DNA of 64,000 nucleotides from an uncultured Alphaproteobacteria bacterium (GTDB lineage Bacteria; Pseudomonadota; Alphaproteobacteria; Micavibrionales; CSBR16-224): NCBI GenBank assembly GCA_950054485.1, contig CATLPD010000001.1, positions 623,255 to 687,254 of the forward strand, read 5' to 3'. Shown piece by piece: positions 54,246 to 64,000 of this stretch (position 1 is its first letter; each line of letters starts with the position of its first letter). The notes under the pieces were generated by a model. It saw only the letters and a program-made list of their open reading frames with translations, ran no database searches and was not told where the DNA came from. The position numbers and the translations under genes were made by a program.

Positions 54246-57200
54246 TCAGTTTTTTTGATACTTTTCCAATTGTTCGGACGACAAGGGCATCAGGGTTGGC
54301 CCGTCCGTCCATAACAGGAGGCACTCGATCGCCTTATCCGGATGGATTTTTTCCAATACAGTTTTATAGGCAGCCATCTGTTTCAAATAGATCGGCTGTA
54401 CGTCTTTGGCACGTACGGGTGGGGGGCGGTTTGTTTTATAATCGACAATCAGAATTTTATCGTCTTTGATAACCATACGGTCAATTTGGCCTGAAACGGC
54501 ATAAAAATTATGGCCCTGCTGATTTTCGATCAGGCCCGTCACCGGAACCTCCGCACTGGAATCGGGGCCAAACAAAACAAAAAATTCAGGGTTCTCAAGA
54601 ATATTCATGATTTCAGCCAGAATTTCTTCTTGTTGATCAGGGCTCAGGCCATGGGCGGGTTTGGCTAAATATTTCTGGCAGGATATATATCGTTTATCAG
54701 TTTTAATTTCGGGCAAAAATTGCAGTAGCTGGTGGATCAAAATGCCGCGTGCATATCTGTAATGATCGTCCGCTGCCAGCGGTGATTTGGCGGCGGGTTC
54801 GTCTTCGGATGGGCGCGACGGGCTTAAGGGGCGCGGCGGATCAGGTTCGTCATCCGGTGGAATATGCAGCCAAGCAGGTGGCGGGTCTGGGCGTGTACGT
54901 GTCGCATCCGGTGCACTTTTATCTTTAAATGGCGCGGTTTGTTCCGTTTTGTAAACCAGCGACGTCATAATCTGACCATTTTCGTTTAAAACAGGATCAC
55001 CTCCAATTTCAAAATCCTGCTCGTGTACTTCAGGCAGGGATTGCAGCATCAAACGGCAGACGCCATACCAACTGTCATCCTTTATATTCTTTTGTTTGGC
55101 AGCGCCGCAGACATAAAAACGGTCTTCGGCACGAGTCAGGGCCACGTACAACAGGCGGCGATATTCTTCCAATTGGGCAATGTTATTTTTTTCGGACCGC
55201 TCATTCAGCAAAGGGTCATATTCGGCCTTGCGGGGGGCCCATAAAGGCAAATCACTTTCGTTTTCAGGCCACATAATCTGCGATTTGTTGCTGGGAACAG
55301 TCGTTGTTTCGGGTAAAAAGACAATCGGGGCCTGCAATCCTTTCGATGCGTGCACGGTCATCAGTCTGACCTGATTGATTTGGGCGCTGTCCTGTTCGCG
55401 TTTGACCTCGGCCTTGCCCTGTTTGATCCAGAACAGGAATTTTTGCAGGGTTGGGCTGTGTAGCCGTTCGAAATCCATTGCTGCATTTAAAATTTCATCA
55501 AGCGCATCGTCAATTTCAACGCCCAAACGACCATATAGGGCGCGCCTGCCGCTGATATCGTCTGCGGGACAGGGGCGGGTCAAAATTTGTGATAGAAAAT
55601 CAAACGGCGATATTTCCCGCGATTCACGTTTAATGCGATTTAAATAGCTATACGTGTCCGGATCCTGTTCACGCAAATTCTCCCAAAGGGATCGTGTGCG
55701 TCCATAGGCCAGGCGGAACAGGCGATCTTCATCATAGCCTATAAAGGGGGTTTTCAGGACAGTGGCAAGGGTTAAATCATCCTGTGGCAGTAAACCGAAT
55801 TCACCCATGACAAGACAGTCCTGCACGGCAAGATGATCGGTCAGAACCATACGGTCGATACCTGATACGGGGATGTTGCGGTCTTTTAAAGCGCGCAGGA
55901 TATGGTCAATCAGTGATCCGCGCGTACGGAACAAAATCATGATATCACCCGCACGTACAGGCCGGTTTTGTGAAGTCAGAATTTCACCCTTATCCAACCA
56001 ACCGCCGATTGTAGATGCAATTTTATCAGCCAGTTTTACATCGGCGTTATCTGCTTTGATGATCTCTGTTGGCGGTGTCCAGGGCTCTGGCGCGATGCGA
56101 TCATCCCCTGATACGGGCGGCCATAATTCAATGTGGCCCGCCTGTCCCTTGCGAAAGGCGATATGGCGAACAGGCTCGGTCAAATCGGTTTGAACACCCT
56201 GTGCGATCATGGTGTTCGAAAAAATATGATCGACTGATCCTAATACGGCATTCGTAGAGCGGAAAGAAACCAGCAGATTGACCGATTGGAATGTTTTTTC
56301 CGCAAGATTGATACGTTCGGCAAAATGCTGGCGCATTGTCTGGAATTCTTTTGGATCTGCGCCCTGAAAGCTGAAAATCGACTGTTTTTCATCGCCGACA
56401 ACGAATAATGTGCGTTCGACATCATCTCGTGCGCCGGTGCCGCTGAAAAACTCTTCGGCTAAGGCACGTACAATGCGCCATTGTGCGGGGCTGGTGTCCT
56501 GCGCTTCATCAACCAGAATATGATCCAGCCCCTGATCCATTTTATAAAGCACCCAAGCGGCCTGATCGGGCCTCGACAGAAGTTGCTGTGTATAATCGAT
56601 CAAATCATCGTAATCAAGTTGCAGGGCAGCAGCTTTGATTCTTTCATATTGTTTTAAAATCTCAAATCCAACCAGCATCAGCTTGTACGTGCCTTCCGCA
56701 ACGCGAATGGATTTAATTTTTTGTTTCAGATCGTACAAGCGGTTTGCTTCACGCTCGGCAATATCCAGCAAACCCGCCTGTGATTCGATACAGTCTTTGT
56801 TCATCAGGGTTTTGCGGATGTCACCTTCCTTAGTCAGAAAGCCGCCGGCATAATCTTCGAACGCTTGGATACGTGTGCCTTCCGGTTTTTCGAAAAAGAT
56901 TTGTATCGCCTCGCCTAGAATTTTGTCGTTTCTTTTACCTGTCAGCAAGGCATCCAGCGACCCTTTAAAGGCATTCTCGGTTTGTCTGCAAGGGTGGTAG
57001 TGCGCATTTAATACGCTTTGTTCGGTATCATCAATGTTACAGCCAGCCTGTTGCATAAGGGCTGATTTCAGCGCTGCGGGTTCGGGATGGCGGCGTTTCA
57101 AATCCCGTAAAATTTGTCGGTTTCCGGTTAAATCCTGCATAAGATCATGAAACTGATCAGCGTTCACATCTTCGCTGAGGTCGGTAAAGGCTGTCGCAAA

Positions 57201-57785
57201 GGCGCTTTCAGGATCGACATTTGCTGCCAAGATCGATTGTCTTTGCGCTTGCTGTAGATATTCCAGCGATGTACGTTCATCCAGAACCTCGAAATGTGCA
57301 GGCAGACCGGCTTCCAGCGGGAAACGTTTTAAAATCGACTGACAGAATGAATGGATGGTCATGATTTTCATGCCGCCCGGTGTATCCACAACCCTTGCAA
57401 ACAGGGCGCGTGCGGCCTGCATAACCTCGCTGCTTGCAGGTGTTTGTAACAATTGGGTCAGGTTTTTCTGCAGGTCATCATCCGACATGATCGACCATTT
57501 GGCGAGATGTTCATGAATACGGTCAGCCATTTCCGATGCGGCTGTTTTTGTAAATGTAAGGCACAGGATTTTATCGGGGGCGGTTGCGCTGTCTGCATCC
57601 ATGCCTGTACGGGGCAACATCAGGCGCAAAACACGGTCGGTCAGGATTTTGGTCTTGCCTGTTCCGGCTGATGCACTAACCCATACACTCGACAGGGGAT
57701 TTGACGCCATCGCCTGACGCAGGTTTGGGTCGTGATCATCAATATTATAAGGTTGTACGTGCTGTACGTTTGAAGGATTCGTCAT
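54246..57785 (-). CDS. addA: double-strand break repair helicase AddA
   Basis: Track ORF extends to 57800. ATG 57785 (ATGA overlap with the addB stop) gives MTNPSNVQ...VSASAGTGKTK (Walker A), ILVDEAQDTS, ...MTVHASKGLQAP, C-terminal nuclease motif LIVDYKTN. Confidence 0.9.
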   Translation of the reverse strand: MTNPSNVQHVQPYNIDDHDPNLRQAMASNPLSSVWVSASAGTGKTKILTDRVLRLMLPRTGMDADSATAPDKILCLTFTKTAASEMADRIHEHLAKWSIMSDDDLQKNLTQLLQTPASSEVMQAARALFARVVDTPGGMKIMTIHSFCQSILKRFPLEAGLPAHFEVLDERTSLEYLQQAQRQSILAANVDPESAFATAFTDLSEDVNADQFHDLMQDLTGNRQILRDLKRRHPEPAALKSALMQQAGCNIDDTEQSVLNAHYHPCRQTENAFKGSLDALLTGKRNDKILGEAIQIFFEKPEGTRIQAFEDYAGGFLTKEGDIRKTLMNKDCIESQAGLLDIAEREANRLYDLKQKIKSIRVAEGTYKLMLVGFEILKQYERIKAAALQLDYDDLIDYTQQLLSRPDQAAWVLYKMDQGLDHILVDEAQDTSPAQWRIVRALAEEFFSGTGARDDVERTLFVVGDEKQSIFSFQGADPKEFQTMRQHFAERINLAEKTFQSVNLLVSFRSTNAVLGSVDHIFSNTMIAQGVQTDLTEPVRHIAFRKGQAGHIELWPPVSGDDRIAPEPWTPPTEIIKADNADVKLADKIASTIGGWLDKGEILTSQNRPVRAGDIMILFRTRGSLIDHILRALKDRNIPVSGIDRMVLTDHLAVQDCLVMGEFGLLPQDDLTLATVLKTPFIGYDEDRLFRLAYGRTRSLWENLREQDPDTYSYLNRIKRESREISPFDFLSQILTRPCPADDISGRRALYGRLGVEIDDALDEILNAAMDFERLHSPTLQKFLFWIKQGKAEVKREQDSAQINQVRLMTVHASKGLQAPIVFLPETTTVPSNKSQIMWPENESDLPLWAPRKAEYDPLLNERSEKNNIAQLEEYRRLLYVALTRAEDRFYVCGAAKQKNIKDDSWYGVCRLMLQSLPEVHEQDFEIGGDPVLNENGQIMTSLVYKTEQTAPFKDKSAPDATRTRPDPPPAWLHIPPDDEPDPPRPLSPSRPSEDEPAAKSPLAADDHYRYARGILIHQLLQFLPEIKTDKRYISCQKYLAKPAHGLSPDQQEEILAEIMNILENPEFFVLFGPDSSAEVPVTGLIENQQGHNFYAVSGQIDRMVIKDDKILIVDYKTNRPPPVRAKDVQPIYLKQMAAYKTVLEKIHPDKAIECLLLWTDGPTLMPLSSEQLEKYQKN

Positions 57786-60700
57786 CGGCCAACCCCGCAT
57801 ATATCAACGGTTTCATCATAGATCCATTCGGCTGTGCGCTCCAGATGCTCATAGTCGGAATAGCGCGGCACGGCATTACTGTTCGGCCGAGCGATATAAG
57901 GCGTATTATCATCAAAAAAGGCCAAGAGGACGCGCCGTAGACCATCTTCGGTCTCGATAATGGCCGCAGCATGGTCATCGCATTTAACAGGCTTTTGGAT
58001 GGCTGTGTTTTGCCCGCCTGAAATCAGCCAAAAACCAATATAATCGATTGGCATCGGTGGCAAATCTTTAAAAGCACCGTTTTTCATCATGACAGCTTCC
58101 AGCCATAATTGTGGTGAAAACCCGGCCTTGATATCACCATCATTCGGAATACTGCCCGTTTTATAGTCGATAATTGCACTGTACGTGCCGTTGATACGGT
58201 CAATACGGTCGGCAATTGCAGTCAGCGTAAAGTTGATTTTATCAATCTGCATGTCAAAAGCGCCGTCGGCCTCTGTTGCCATGGGTCGCGCTGATTGACG
58301 CCAGTTTGCCTCCTCGGCGATATAGGCGCTGACGAGCCGTTCGAAACGCGGCCACCAGAACCCCGCAATTTCAGGGGGTATGTCTTCATTTTCAAAGGCC
58401 TGACGCCCCATATTCAGCAATAGGTCTTTGGCATTTGGGGGCAGTTTGTCCGGATATTGCGATACGAACTTTTCAAGGATTTTGTGCAAAATCTGTCCAC
58501 GTTCAGCTGCTGTCGGGTCGGCATCCAGCGGGTCGAGGGCGCGCAGTTTTAAAATATATTTCGCATAGACTTCATAGGGGTCACGCATCAGGCGCTCTAC
58601 GCCAGTCACCGACAATTTTCGCGGTCGTGCAGAAACCGGCGGGCAAGGCCCCGGCCGCTTTGATGGTCTGATCTCGTCGGGTTGGTTCATATGCTGACGC
58701 CATGATGAAAGATTGGCAGGCTCCTGCAGCGAAAGTTCATGCCCAATCGCATCCAGAACAGTATTCATGCGCAGCAGCCAGCGAGATGGCACGGCAGGGC
58801 TGGTCCCTTCACGCGCGGCGCGGGTCAGGTAAACATTATCTGCGGAAGCCAATTGAACAAAATCATGTGCGGTAATGCCGACATTTTGTTCGCGTGCAGG
58901 CAGGCCGAAGGATTTTCGCATTTGGCGTGACATCCACGGATCATTTGCGGTTTCAGATGGCCAGTGGCCTTCGTTTAGGCTGGATAATATAAGGGTGTCT
59001 GCGACAAATAATCGGGATTCAATCTGTCCCAAAATGGATATGCGCGGATGTGTACCATAGCGCGGGCGAACAATTTTTTGTGTAAACAACTGGCGTAATA
59101 TCAGCCCATATTGTGACAGGGTGACGGGGGGGATATCATCGGCAATTTGCAGGGCTTCTGCAAAAAACAGCGAGAAAGCCTCGCCATCCTCGCCGGCCCA
59201 TAAAATATCAGCACCAGCGGACTTGTCCTGCTCTGCAAAGGCCTCCAGCAGGCTGATATGCGCCAAAACATGCTGTCTGAAGGGCTTGGCATCGTTCAAT
59301 TGTTCTGTCAGGGGTTGCGTTAATTCCAGCAGCTTTTCAAGACAGCTAATAGCCTCATTCGATATTGGGGCGCTATGGTCCTCAAAGCTTATTCCCAATC
59401 TTTCAATGATTGATGCCAGTCCCGCGGCAGGCTGAACACCGCGAAGGCAGCGGATTTCCAGTTCTGATACAATATTTTCAACCGTGTTTTTCGAAAGTCC
59501 GAGGCGAAACAAGGGGTGTTTTACAGCATTCAAAAACGGGACGGCGGCAAAATCACGCGCGATCATGTCAATGACCGATAATATCCATGCCCCTTTTTCT
59601 GTCTGGTTTAAACGCCGCCCTGCTGTGTCATCGACCATGATGCCCCAACGCTTCAGACAATTTGTCACTCGCCGCGCCAAATCACGATCGGGCGCAACCA
59701 TTGCAACGGTCTTGTCTGGTGTTTCTATGGTCTGGCGGATGATCAGGGCGATGACCTCTGCCTCTTCCTGACTGGTTTTGCATTCGATCAGTTTTAGCGG
59801 GCTTGTCGCCTCCTGAAAATTATCCGCATTTTGTAAATGTTGCCATTTGCCTGTGGTCGCGGCGGGGCGCATAACTTCGGACCAGAATTGTTCGCGTTGT
59901 TTTAATGTATCGCTGCTGTTCATCAGCTGTACGTCTGTACGTTCAATGCCAATTTTCTCAAGCAGATTACGTAGGAAATACTGCGGATGGTCCGGTGGCA
60001 AGCTCCGCCAGACATCATCCGCCATATATTGATCAAGGCCCGGTATTATTATTTCCCCTTTAGGAAGGCTGGATATAACCCTTAAAAGATCAAGCGTTGC
60101 CGGTACGGATGCAATCGTCCCAGCGGCAATAACAGGATAATCGGGCGGGTTTTCCTGCCACAGGGCGGCCTGCGCCTCCAGCAGCATATTACGGCGTGCG
60201 GCGGGGTCAATGACATTTGCCTCTTTTAATATTTCAGGCCAGCTGTGGGTCAGGATTTTCAGGAAATCGAGCGTAATTTGCCAGTGCTGAGCAAATTCCT
60301 CGGGCACAAGATCAGACAGTTTATCAAAGGATACACGTTCGGTCTGAACCTGATCCAGAAACACAGCCAGCTCGCCCGCCAGTTGCAGGGCCTGATCGTA
60401 TCGCGGGCGCTGTTCCACCGGAAGTGTCTGTTCGTATAGCTTCATGACTGTACGTGCCAGAATAATCTGGCGTTTCAGCGGGGAAATCGCCTGTGGGATA
60501 TCCAGAAAATCATCACTGAGAGCAGAAAATGCCAGCGACAATTCATCAGCGTCAATATCGCCGAGGGGTTGCAGGCGCGGTAGAATTGTGGGTTTGCCCT
60601 GATTGCGACGTAAAAAGGCCTCTCGTACTGTGCGGCAGGCGCGGCGTGAAGGCAGCAAAACCAGCATACGTGACAGGTCAATGGTTTGACCGTCGGCTTT

Positions 60701-60790
60701 TTCCAGCAGGTAATCGGCAAGTTCGTCGGCAAAGCTGAGGCCGGCGGGAATAGAGGTGATGTTAAGAATATCTGCCCCTTTTTCCGTCAT
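57782..60790 (-). CDS. addB: double-strand break repair protein AddB
   Basis: 1002 aa, upstream of and translationally coupled to addA. The C-terminal PD-(D/E)xK-type block RIDRINGTYSAIIDYKTGS is typical of alphaproteobacterial AddB. Confidence 0.9.
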   Translation of the reverse strand: MTEKGADILNITSIPAGLSFADELADYLLEKADGQTIDLSRMLVLLPSRRACRTVREAFLRRNQGKPTILPRLQPLGDIDADELSLAFSALSDDFLDIPQAISPLKRQIILARTVMKLYEQTLPVEQRPRYDQALQLAGELAVFLDQVQTERVSFDKLSDLVPEEFAQHWQITLDFLKILTHSWPEILKEANVIDPAARRNMLLEAQAALWQENPPDYPVIAAGTIASVPATLDLLRVISSLPKGEIIIPGLDQYMADDVWRSLPPDHPQYFLRNLLEKIGIERTDVQLMNSSDTLKQREQFWSEVMRPAATTGKWQHLQNADNFQEATSPLKLIECKTSQEEAEVIALIIRQTIETPDKTVAMVAPDRDLARRVTNCLKRWGIMVDDTAGRRLNQTEKGAWILSVIDMIARDFAAVPFLNAVKHPLFRLGLSKNTVENIVSELEIRCLRGVQPAAGLASIIERLGISFEDHSAPISNEAISCLEKLLELTQPLTEQLNDAKPFRQHVLAHISLLEAFAEQDKSAGADILWAGEDGEAFSLFFAEALQIADDIPPVTLSQYGLILRQLFTQKIVRPRYGTHPRISILGQIESRLFVADTLILSSLNEGHWPSETANDPWMSRQMRKSFGLPAREQNVGITAHDFVQLASADNVYLTRAAREGTSPAVPSRWLLRMNTVLDAIGHELSLQEPANLSSWRQHMNQPDEIRPSKRPGPCPPVSARPRKLSVTGVERLMRDPYEVYAKYILKLRALDPLDADPTAAERGQILHKILEKFVSQYPDKLPPNAKDLLLNMGRQAFENEDIPPEIAGFWWPRFERLVSAYIAEEANWRQSARPMATEADGAFDMQIDKINFTLTAIADRIDRINGTYSAIIDYKTGSIPNDGDIKAGFSPQLWLEAVMMKNGAFKDLPPMPIDYIGFWLISGGQNTAIQKPVKCDDHAAAIIETEDGLRRVLLAFFDDNTPYIARPNSNAVPRYSDYEHLERTAEWIYDETVDICGVGR

Positions 60791-60793
60791 TCT

Positions 60794-61522
60794 TTAGGCC
60801 GCGTTCTTTTTCTTGAATATAGCATCCGTTTTATACAAGGCATCTGGCGTGCCGACATGATACCAGTTGCCATCATGCACGGCCCCGCAAAGGCGTCCTT
60901 TTTTCTGGGCCTGATCAAACAGGCTGAGGAAGGAAAATGCACCAGTAGGACTGTTATCAAACAGGCGCGGGTGAATGATGCGCGGGCCCGCAAAAACATA
61001 AGGCGCGCTGTCTTGTTCAGCTGTACGTCTTGTCAACTCAAGCGTTTTTTCGTTTTGGAAATAATCGCCTTTGCCGTGATAGCCGTCTTGCTTTTCAATC
61101 GGCTGCATCAAAAGTAATGCATCCATTTTTGTAGAATCCCAGGCGTCTTTCAGGCGTTTCAGGGCGGGCACTGTGCCGTTATCCCAGATAACATCACCGT
61201 TTAGGACATAAAAAGGCTCGTCCTTAAAGAAATCCAGCTCCTTTTTCACGCCGCCGCCTGTCTCAAGCAGCTCATCTTCCCATGACAATGTGATATTAAA
61301 ATCTGTACGCGTACGCAGGTAATCTTCCAGTTGTACACCAAGATAGTTCAGATTGACGACAACATCCGTTACTCCTGCATCTTTCAGGGCGTCCAGCGCA
61401 TATCCAATAATCGGTTTACCGTTAACCTCCAGCAAGGGTTTGGGGCACGTATCAGTCAGCGGGCGCATGCGGGTGCCTTTTCCGGCGGCCAGAATGAAGG
61501 CTTTTGTTATTTTTTTACTCAT
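60794..61522 (-). CDS. nucleotidyltransferase family protein (MurU / sugar-1-phosphate nucleotidylyltransferase-like)
   Basis: 242 aa. N-terminal AFILAAGKGTRMRPLTDTCPKPLLEV is the canonical GxGTRxxPxT nucleotidyltransferase signature. Confidence 0.75.
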   Translation of the reverse strand: MSKKITKAFILAAGKGTRMRPLTDTCPKPLLEVNGKPIIGYALDALKDAGVTDVVVNLNYLGVQLEDYLRTRTDFNITLSWEDELLETGGGVKKELDFFKDEPFYVLNGDVIWDNGTVPALKRLKDAWDSTKMDALLLMQPIEKQDGYHGKGDYFQNEKTLELTRRTAEQDSAPYVFAGPRIIHPRLFDNSPTGAFSFLSLFDQAQKKGRLCGAVHDGNWYHVGTPDALYKTDAIFKKKNAA

Positions 61523-61528
61523 GTGTTT

Positions 61529-61993
61529 TTATCCTTTTAAAGTCAGGTCCCGTTTTTGCCAGTTATCGCCAATACGGTCGATTTTTAGTGTACGTGTCTC
61601 ATCCGGGTTAATCGAAATCCGTATTTCCAAACGGGATTTAGGCGCATATGTTCCAAGCCTGTCGGGCCATTCAAACAAAGAGATCCCCTCTGAGAAGGCT
61701 TCCTCAATTCCGATCGCCTCGGTTTCGTTTTCATCCTCTATACGATAGAGGTCAAAATGCCAGATTTCCCCGATATTTGTATCGTAAAGCTGCACAATTG
61801 TAAAGGTCGGGCTGGGTACATCTATGTCTTCGCCGGCAGCGGCCTGTATCAGGAATTTTGCAAATTGGGTTTTGCCGGCCCCCAGGTCACCATCCAGAAA
61901 AATAACGTCGCGTGGGTGCAACTGCGATGCCAGCTTATGGGCGCATTCCTTAAGGTCATTTAAATCCATATTTTCCAATAAAATATCTGTCAT
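61529..61993 (-). CDS. tsaE: tRNA threonylcarbamoyladenosine biosynthesis ATPase TsaE
   Basis: 154 aa. LDGDLGAGKTQFAK (P-loop), ...VPSPTFTIVQLY..., ...HFDLYR. Confidence 0.88.
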   Translation of the reverse strand: MTDILLENMDLNDLKECAHKLASQLHPRDVIFLDGDLGAGKTQFAKFLIQAAAGEDIDVPSPTFTIVQLYDTNIGEIWHFDLYRIEDENETEAIGIEEAFSEGISLFEWPDRLGTYAPKSRLEIRISINPDETRTLKIDRIGDNWQKRDLTLKG

Positions 61994-62070
61994 GCCTGTA
62001 TCTTAACGGGTTTAAACGCGGGGTCAAACCCCTTGTTTTATCCATTCCCAACTGCCATAATTACGGGACT

Positions 62071-63108
62071 ATGACACAGATTGTTACAACAGATATCGCC
62101 ATCATCGGGGCAGGGCCTGTCGGGCTGTTTGCGGCATTTCAATGCGGCATGCTGGATATGTCATGCGCCGTTATTGATGCGCTGCCGGAATTAGGCGGGC
62201 AATGTTCTGCCTTGTATCCTGAAAAGCCGATCTTTGATATTGCAGGCCTGCCCGAGGTTAAGGCTGGTGTATTGATTGATAATCTGGTGGCGCAGGCCAA
62301 GCCCTTTGACCCTGAATATATATTGGGTGGGCAAGTGATCAGCCTTCATCAGGATGATGACACTATCTTTCATCTGGTAACGGATAAAGGGCGCGAAATT
62401 AGAGCTAAGGCGGTGATGATTGCAGCAGGCCCGGGGGCTTTCGGCCCGAACAGACCACCACTGGATAATATTGAAGAATTCGAACATACAAGTCTGCATT
62501 ACATGGTGCGAAACCCGTGCTGTTTTGACGATCAGACCATTATCATTGCGGGCGGCGGTGATTCCGCGCTTGATTGGGTGAATGATTTGGCGGATCGCGC
62601 CAAGAAAACCTATCTGCTGCACCGCCGTGATAAATTCCGCGCGGCGCCGGCATCCGTCAGTAAAATGGAGGATCTGGTGAGGTCGGGGAAAGTTGAAAAA
62701 CTGATACCCTATCAATTAAAAGGTCTGACGGGGCAAAGTGGACAACTGAGCGCTGTTAAGATTGCTGATCTGGATGGTAATGAGCGTGATATAGATTGCG
62801 ATCATTTGCTGTGTTTTTATGGTCTGAACCAGAATTTGGGGCCGATCCGCGACTGGAATTTGAAAATTCAGGGCTATCACATTGAAATTGATCCGACGAC
62901 AGCCTGCACGAACCGTGAAGGTATCTATGCAATCGGTGATATTGCCACGTATAAAAACAAGCTTAAGTTAATCGCGACAGGCTTTGCCGAAGCGGCGCAG
63001 GCCGCGCACCATGCCTATGGCATCGTAAATCCGGGCCAAGCGTTGCATTTCGAATATTCAACGACCAAAGGTCTGCCAAGCGAAGAACAAAAAAAGGAAA
63101 GAGCATAA
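62071..63108 (+). CDS. ferredoxin--NADP(+) reductase (thioredoxin-reductase-like type)
   Basis: 345 aa. DIAIIGAGPVGLFAAFQCGM..., ...LGGQCSALYPEKPIFDIAG..., second Rossmann IIAGGGDSALDW, ...GDIATY. Lacks the TrxR CxxC. Confidence 0.88.
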   Translation: MTQIVTTDIAIIGAGPVGLFAAFQCGMLDMSCAVIDALPELGGQCSALYPEKPIFDIAGLPEVKAGVLIDNLVAQAKPFDPEYILGGQVISLHQDDDTIFHLVTDKGREIRAKAVMIAAGPGAFGPNRPPLDNIEEFEHTSLHYMVRNPCCFDDQTIIIAGGGDSALDWVNDLADRAKKTYLLHRRDKFRAAPASVSKMEDLVRSGKVEKLIPYQLKGLTGQSGQLSAVKIADLDGNERDIDCDHLLCFYGLNQNLGPIRDWNLKIQGYHIEIDPTTACTNREGIYAIGDIATYKNKLKLIATGFAEAAQAAHHAYGIVNPGQALHFEYSTTKGLPSEEQKKERA

Positions 63109-63110
63109 AA

Positions 63111-63692
63111 ATGTTTATTCAAACCGAGACCACGCCAAATCCGAACACTGTAAAGTTTCTGCCCGGCTGTGAAGTTGTCAGACCAACACCTGTTGACCTG
63201 CCGACGCGCGAGGCTGCCGAAGAAAAATCGCCATTGGCGGCGCGATTATTCCGTGTTGACGGTGTCGAACGTGTTTTTCTGGGCGCTGATTTTGTCAGCG
63301 TGACAAAGTCGGATGATTTTGACTGGAATTTGATCAAACCACAGGTTCTGACATCCCTGTTGGAGCATTTCAGCAACGGTTTTCCGGTCTTAAGCGAGGA
63401 GCTTGAAAAACAGGAATTGCGCGCTGGTGGTAACGAAATTAACGAAGATGATGACGAGTTGACCGTTCAAATCAAAGAGCTGCTTGAAACACGTGTTCGC
63501 CCTGCGGTCGCGCAAGATGGCGGCGATATCGTCTTTCATAAATTTGAAGAAGGAATCGTATTTCTTGAAATGCGGGGGGCATGCGCAGGCTGTCCGTCTT
63601 CAACCATGACATTAAAGGCAGGCATTGAAAATATGCTGAAACATTATGTGCCCGAAGTTCTCGAGGTGCGCGCTGTCGAGGAGGCCGCCTGA
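63111..63692 (+). CDS. NifU family Fe-S cluster scaffold/carrier (Nfu N-terminal + NifU C-terminal domains)
   Basis: 193 aa. MFIQTETTPNPNTVKFLPG (Nfu_N) and ...RPAVAQDGGDIVFHKFEEGIVFLEMRGACAGCPSS (CxxC). Confidence 0.85.
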   Translation: MFIQTETTPNPNTVKFLPGCEVVRPTPVDLPTREAAEEKSPLAARLFRVDGVERVFLGADFVSVTKSDDFDWNLIKPQVLTSLLEHFSNGFPVLSEELEKQELRAGGNEINEDDDELTVQIKELLETRVRPAVAQDGGDIVFHKFEEGIVFLEMRGACAGCPSSTMTLKAGIENMLKHYVPEVLEVRAVEEAA

Positions 63693-64000
63693 TGAAGCCC
63701 GAATTCAATACGACCGAAATCAAAGCAAAGAATGGTAAAGCCAAAAAGCTGATTGTCTGTTTGCACGGTTACGGGTTGAACTCCGATAGTCTTTTAAAAA
63801 CGGCCGAGGCCATGCGCGATGAAATTCCGGATGCTGATATTCTGCTGGTCGATGGGCTTTATCCGCGTTTTCGCCATCATGATAAACAGCACCCGCGTTC
63901 AAGAACGTGGTTTAAATCACATCTAAGTTGGACAAAACTGCGCCTGAAGCTGATTTTTAATCGCAATGTCGAGGTCAATTATTTTAACAGACAGGTTGAT
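63692..64000 (+). CDS. alpha/beta hydrolase (phospholipase/carboxylesterase-like), partial (runs off the window)
   Basis: Manual translation from ATG 63692 (1 nt overlap with the NifU stop): MKPEFNTTEIKAKNGKAKKLIVCLHGYGLNSDSLL.... The LHGxGxxxxxL block is typical of the family. Open to the window end. Confidence 0.55.
   Translation, partial: MKPEFNTTEIKAKNGKAKKLIVCLHGYGLNSDSLLKTAEAMRDEIPDADILLVDGLYPRFRHHDKQHPRSRTWFKSHLSWTKLRLKLIFNRNVEVNYFNRQVD

Noticed and set aside
60794-61993. Absence of an AmgK-like phosphotransferase gene between tsaE and the MurU-like nucleotidyltransferase.
   Set aside because: My recollection that tsaE-amgK-murU-addB-addA-trxA is the conserved order is not firm enough, and the gene may be elsewhere. 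It cannot be assessed without genome-wide data.
1-64000. Search for tRNA, rRNA, tmRNA, RNase P/SRP RNA, riboswitches, integrases, transposases, toxin-antitoxin pairs or known defence systems.
   Set aside because: All intergenic regions longer than 100 bp were read: 681-807, 2202-2310, 4070-4180, 7882-8021, 12552-12654, 13765-13934, 19255-19373, 21227-21385, 24935-25082, 28373-28504, 38984-39099, 39652-39808 and 48043-48198. None shows cloverleaf-compatible or other recognisable RNA motifs, and no ORF resembles mobile-element or canonical defence proteins. A covariance-model scan (tRNAscan-SE, Infernal/Rfam) would be needed to be certain.

Overview
This 64 kb window looks like a chromosomal segment of an alphaproteobacterium. 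The lineage call rests on several markers: 5-aminolevulinate synthase HemA, alphaproteobacterial-type AddA/AddB, the secB / fxsA / Tim44-like / mltA neighbourhood, the ATPase-inhibitor zeta subunit (DUF1476), and DUF1489, DUF2794 and DUF3035 proteins. About three quarters of it is densely packed housekeeping: guaC (partial), add, icd, bamB, der, nth, ogt, secB, mltA, hemA, ribF, lspA, nadK, glmM, ftsH, tilS, cpoB, pal, uvrD, surA, rsmA, gmk, thrS, infC, trxA, addA, addB, tsaE, an FNR and a NifU-type protein. I found no rRNA, tRNA, CRISPR array, transposase, integrase or prophage signature. Lineage-specific ORFan blocks sit between the conserved genes. The most striking is a head-to-tail array of four paralogous genes (29288-31374, minus strand). 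Each encodes a ~170 aa protein with a conserved basic N-terminus, a Gly/Ala-rich helical hairpin, a conserved central block and a basic coiled-coil tail ending in PGN. Related Gly-rich hairpin proteins with Lys-rich flanks recur at 11405-13764 and 48199-48718, which suggests an expanded, uncharacterised membrane-protein family. This is my best candidate for something undescribed. Other items worth a second look:
- a membrane-anchored two-gene pair (2-TM alpha/beta-domain protein plus EEP nuclease/phosphatase, 2311-4069);
- an in-frame (GTTTCG)n microsatellite encoding (Glu-Thr)8, just upstream of the overlapping icd start;
- infC, which can only start at a non-canonical ATA codon;
- a thioredoxin with a WCPPC active site;
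- an ADP-ribosylglycohydrolase / DOPA-dioxygenase-family pair where folP normally lies between ftsH and glmM;
- near-consensus TTGACAta-N17 promoters in front of small ORFan genes.
All calls come from reading the supplied ORF translations and the DNA by eye. No similarity search, TM prediction or statistics were run, so family assignments are recognition-based and composition statements are qualitative.
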